From IMG/VR virus record IMGVR_UViG_3300036987_000100, positions 1 through 64,000 of that record: DNA of 64,000 nucleotides. One strand, written 5' to 3'. The first letter of the stretch is position 1, and each line of letters begins with the position of its first letter. Both the position numbers and the translations under genes were made by a program. The notes beneath the pieces were generated by a model. The model searched no databases. It was not told the origin of the DNA and saw only the letters and a list, made by a program, of their open reading frames with translations. This document shows positions 61,201 to 64,000 of the stretch, in pieces. The DNA is from a virus (taxonomy: Duplodnaviria; Caudoviricetes).

Positions 61201-63552
61201 GAAGCCTTTGGGCGCCCAAACATCAAGGTGCCTGGCGTACAACAGGAAGTCCGTATTCCCAGATGATCCGCGTATCATTGAAATCATGCGCCCGTCCGGG
61301 GCCTCCAAGTACCACCGAACATTCATCGAGTTAGATACGTCCGCTCTGGCGCCCGCTGTGCGTAGAAACCCTGTCGGGTTTACGTATGTCGCGGTATCCG
61401 TGCCGTAATACCGCTTGTAGCTAGACCCCGTAAAGTCGCTACGGATCAGCTTGAAGTGCCCTGCGTCTGAGCCCACCCAGAGTTCATCGAACTTCGAGTT
61501 CGCGTGAATCGCATTGAGTACCGTAGGCGTGCCTGGATTGGACGGAGACCCGCCGGAAGGTGATTGGATGTCCGCAATAGTCCGTCGCGAGTGTGCGTTT
61601 GTGGCTACGGTGTACTTATTGACTTGAATCTGCGTGTCATTCGAAATCCAGTAGAGGTTTCCGTCTGGATCAATCGTCGCATGCTGCGGTGAGCTGGTCG
61701 CCGTGGCAGGGCGAATGGTGCACTGAGCGCCGTTCGTCATCGAGACTGAGCGGGTATGGAAGGTCCCTTGCGCGAGAGACTCCATGTAGTTGATGACCCC
61801 CGCGCCAGTCGAAGCGTCGTTGAATAGGAGATAGATGCGATCTCCGATTTCAAACGTACCACCGCTCTGCGACGTAAAGGTTACACCCGCGCCAGCGAGC
61901 GTGGTCACTGTTACTTCCGTACCGCTTACCCGTGTAGCGATTTTGTACGTGCCGCTGTCAGCGCCAAGCCCGGTAAGCTTGATGGCGCGTCCGATGTCGG
62001 AGTCGGTGAACGCCCCGGAAGCCGACGTGACTTGATCCGCGCCGTTGGTAGACGCGTCCGAAGCGGTGCCAGTACGGTTTCTGGACTTGTCCACCACCGC
62101 AGCCGCGAGCTTCGACGCGGCGGGGAACCCGTCTACAGTAGTGAACTTAGCCGTAGTCAGATTCTCGTAAATGCAGAGCAAGCCTGTCCCGCCCCCAGAG
62201 GCATGCGAGATAGCGAAGTAGACGGTGCTATCTGTCCCGACGCCGCCGCCAAGCACACGATCTCCCGATGCAAGTGTCGGAGCCGGAGTGAGGAGGTTCC
62301 CGTGCAGCGCAGTGCCTAGGTAGTTGGCGATCTCGCGCGTTCCCTCCGCCGTCTTCCACCGCCAGTGCAACAGGGACGAGTTGTCCGATGCGTCGGTGCA
62401 AGCACCCCACAGGCGCTGATTCTTCCAGTCAAGGAGGAGCGCGCCGCATCCACCAGCCCAGAACTGAACGTTAGACAATAATTCGGTCGAGGTGGCGGAG
62501 TTGTCGTTAAATCCAAGAGAGATAAAGTCTCCGTAGTCGTTGTCACTACCTTGAGCCCCATCTCCGTGGGTGAATTCCTTGAGGGTAAAATAGTAGCTTC
62601 CTTGCTGTTCCGTACCAGTAGCGGCTTCTGTCGACCCAGACTTATCTACACATACGCGCACGATGAAGCTGCCGCGTAACGCTGGGTCTCCAAGCATGCC
62701 CGCCCCTCTAGGAGCGTAGCGACCTGACGTTGATACAGAGCCTACGGAGAGCGCGATGATACTTGTCTCGTTGAAGTACGCTCGCCGACCTGGGCCAGTA
62801 GTGACTAGCAGCCCGCTCGCCGTAGCAGCGGCAGAGAACATTGTCCCATCGAGATGCCGGAGATAGAGCCGGTTATTTGAGTAGTTCTTGTGCTCGATGA
62901 AATAGACACCCGCGTCCGCTCCCGATTCGATACGTAGGTACCAAAACCCCATCGTTGAGGCGCCAGAAGTGTGGAAGTCCCAGAACTGGTTATCTGTGTA
63001 GGTTACGTAGCTAAGGCCGACGGACGTAGCTACCGTCTGTGCGTCACGATGCGCTGGGTGGGGGTAAACTTGATGCCCGATTTGGGTGTACTCCAGAGGA
63101 ACGTCATTGAGGGCCAGGAGGTTGTTACCGCTAGCCAGTCCAAGATTAGCGGGTACCGCCAATGATCGCGCATCGAATAGTCCGACGGCCCCGATGACTC
63201 TTGGGGTGGTCGCCGCCGCCACCGTACCGAGGGTCGCAGACTGACGAAGTCTGGCCCAATCATCAGAGGCCAAGTTGCCGCCGCCAGTATGCGTGTTCGG
63301 GTATGTCGTGACGTACGCCGCGTCTACCCGGGCATGCGCAACATTTGGATCGTTGTCATCCAGCAGAAACGCGTTCTTCCACGGATAGATGTGGATCGTC
63401 TTATTGTACGTGGTGTTGTTGTTCCACTGGGCAATAGCGCGCAGCCGAGCAAGCTCCTTAAAAGAGATGTTCCCCGCCTGCACTTCGGTCTGAACCACGT
63501 CACCGGGCTGGGGCTCGATGGTGAGGAATCCGTGAATGTCGCGCTTAGCCAT
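58240..63552 (-). CDS. very large tail fibre/adhesin-like protein, 1770 aa
   Basis: Thr/Ser/Gly-rich; six D.G..L.I.SG...G.Y.I modules. Confidence 0.8.
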   Translation of the reverse strand: MAKRDIHGFLTIEPQPGDVVQTEVQAGNISFKELARLRAIAQWNNNTTYNKTIHIYPWKNAFLLDDNDPNVAHARVDAAYVTTYPNTHTGGGNLASDDWARLRQSATLGTVAAATTPRVIGAVGLFDARSLAVPANLGLASGNNLLALNDVPLEYTQIGHQVYPHPAHRDAQTVATSVGLSYVTYTDNQFWDFHTSGASTMGFWYLRIESGADAGVYFIEHKNYSNNRLYLRHLDGTMFSAAATASGLLVTTGPGRRAYFNETSIIALSVGSVSTSGRYAPRGAGMLGDPALRGSFIVRVCVDKSGSTEAATGTEQQGSYYFTLKEFTHGDGAQGSDNDYGDFISLGFNDNSATSTELLSNVQFWAGGCGALLLDWKNQRLWGACTDASDNSSLLHWRWKTAEGTREIANYLGTALHGNLLTPAPTLASGDRVLGGGVGTDSTVYFAISHASGGGTGLLCIYENLTTAKFTTVDGFPAASKLAAAVVDKSRNRTGTASDASTNGADQVTSASGAFTDSDIGRAIKLTGLGADSGTYKIATRVSGTEVTVTTLAGAGVTFTSQSGGTFEIGDRIYLLFNDASTGAGVINYMESLAQGTFHTRSVSMTNGAQCTIRPATATSSPQHATIDPDGNLYWISNDTQIQVNKYTVATNAHSRRTIADIQSPSGGSPSNPGTPTVLNAIHANSKFDELWVGSDAGHFKLIRSDFTGSSYKRYYGTDTATYVNPTGFLRTAGARADVSNSMNVRWYLEAPDGRMISMIRGSSGNTDFLLYARHLDVWAPKGFLASVVGTFAHAAVTDPYGCIYVIGPRTQVSGASTWPSRQFIIGKIEVDYQWDNANSRWVPLEWTPGGVPNKSVSDTTAPYAKARPIHSTAEELCFGAKIQWTRQGGATPPNNEFLGRAGLVRATNTDGATTSGVGTFTGSGFVAGDVGNYLRIESGADAGIYKVSAYTSPTQVTLTRVSNAAFSASATAGTLTYTVWSVGSIGANAGPESYTFMLADGFGKDNTQDITGLSYEGHTLKTRLYEWDEAVKCTVPSPIAVLGATETKVYFEAYARATPQYEAAVSNHRALPGAETSGARTLMDFCIQHQLNGSGGFPSINSSPSNSNIWSGIVANTGVLGYSTMVDFGTNVEVGYILLRVRCGAASANLAATNTNSGLIGNIYRAEGAAPVASSTTRFSGTSTLNGATNATTLTLSSGDFLGPITTGPNTDGAIVAEASTFTATGGTFVAGDRGKILKITAGAGSDNGSYRIVSVAGGGASVTIRNLDQTAKAWTASATGVTYEVRDGVQEDDMLASPSLGTPTHKLAVERLLSTTSVQIRTGPNTTLTNQSFAVVAPTWTKVKRISFNTEAEPPDVKDNKTFVTPNGRDNGSNQQDFIVYADFTDLAAGDRTGRYWKWSAQPRFAGAGGPGVHDLCTWEFYSPSGERLALSNYQILDEARTNADFLASNMGRIDFIQAKSTGVGEAGYNGNAVLAANTGQVTLAGGNTFLGFKLGVTRTDGVVTSGVNTLDSASSAFPLSAVVGRVVRFLSGTHSGELYRVASRPSATQLTLVTLSGGAVVWGATESSISFNVHEGINVGGTTPDRIYFETAGAEYSLAAISNDGKTLTLAALGERALSSQPWTIRRPGFRTASATTEGSKAARLVQNTIPVQSGDCYDDYKGCYTFFSEDIGPGYQRTNGTVPGGTDIFAGEQFSPDDVGRLLYITTGVNVGIYEIYFYVASDVIAVKNHYTGAAVTLTADAGPVTYQVIGDRRFQWAKHVIVLRQ

Positions 63553-63563
63553 TGGAGTCTTTC

Positions 63564-64000
63564 TTACAGTACCGGCGTGACGGAGATGCGGTAAACGACC
63601 TCAATGGTCTGCGTCGTAGCCTGTGTTCGAAACGGAGTTAGGAGGGAGTACGCCAGCATGTTCCACGGCCCAGAGTTTAAGTCCAACCCAATTTGGGAAA
63701 CCGAGATGTACACTGAACCTAGTGTCCTTGGAGATGCAGGCGTCGTGAAGGTGGTGCTCATCTGTTTTGTATAGGTGGATGGCGTTACCACCCAGCTCAC
63801 GTTGCCGCTCTGCCAAACTTGTGGGTAGTCCGTCGACATCCCCGAGCGAACGGCCAGCGGCTGTTCCTTAGACGGCGTAAACCCAATCCTAGCGTTACCG
63901 CCAAACCCGGTGAACGCAAAGTACTGGAGACCGTAGGTGGTCATGATGTTCTTCTGCGTGGCCTCCCACGCAACGTCTCCGGTGGTTACGTCACGACAGA
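63564..64000 (-). CDS. structural-type protein truncated by the window edge
   Basis: Frame open from 64000 (CRDVTTGDVAWEATQKNIMTTYG...). Confidence 0.6.
   Translation of the reverse strand, partial: CRDVTTGDVAWEATQKNIMTTYGLQYFAFTGFGGNARIGFTPSKEQPLAVRSGMSTDYPQVWQSGNVSWVVTPSTYTKQMSTTFTTPASPRTLGSVYISVSQIGLDLNSGPWNMLAYSLLTPFRTQATTQTIEVVYRISVTPVL

Noticed and set aside
1-64000. CRISPR array, tRNA genes, diversity-generating retroelement or retron, stop-codon reassignment
   Set aside because: No regularly spaced repeat-spacer units, cloverleafs, reverse transcriptase or adenine-mismatched repeat pair were found by eye. Long genes read through under the standard code, and TAA, TAG and TGA all serve as stops. 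A tRNAscan or repeat search could still find something missed.

Overview
This 64 kb window is an internal segment of a large contractile-tailed (myovirus-type) phage genome; both edges cut genes. Almost every gene is on the minus strand. Region 1-21.4 kb is a replication and recombination module: SSB, RuvC, a Cas4-like nuclease, a second resolvase-like nuclease, RecA, an SF2 helicase, thymidylate kinase, a second SSB, DnaG, DnaB, a DnaC-like loader and an HTH replication initiator. It carries three inteins and several homing endonucleases. Region 21.4-25 kb holds small genes, sigma70-like promoters and two structured non-coding stretches. Region 25-26.4 kb holds the only credible plus-strand gene, a Cys-rich lipoprotein resembling myxobacterial proteins, so the host may be Myxococcota (inference). 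A u-spanin-like gene follows. Region 28-64 kb encodes baseplate, tape measure and tail-fibre-like proteins. No capsid, terminase, sheath or tube genes, tRNA or CRISPR array were seen. Best leads: (1) the SF2-helicase intein (9081-10286) carries its LAGLIDADG endonuclease in the -1 frame while the intein frame stays stop-free, so about 1 kb is dual-coding; (2) nine dispersed copies of a 16-bp palindrome GCGACCAYRTGGTCGC, mostly 10-25 nt upstream of start codons; (3) a ~220-nt leader with mutually exclusive pairings upstream of the replication operon, plus iteron-like repeats inside the initiator gene; (4) a ~140-nt multi-hairpin sRNA candidate between a promoter and a terminator. All product calls come from motif recognition by eye; no database search was run.
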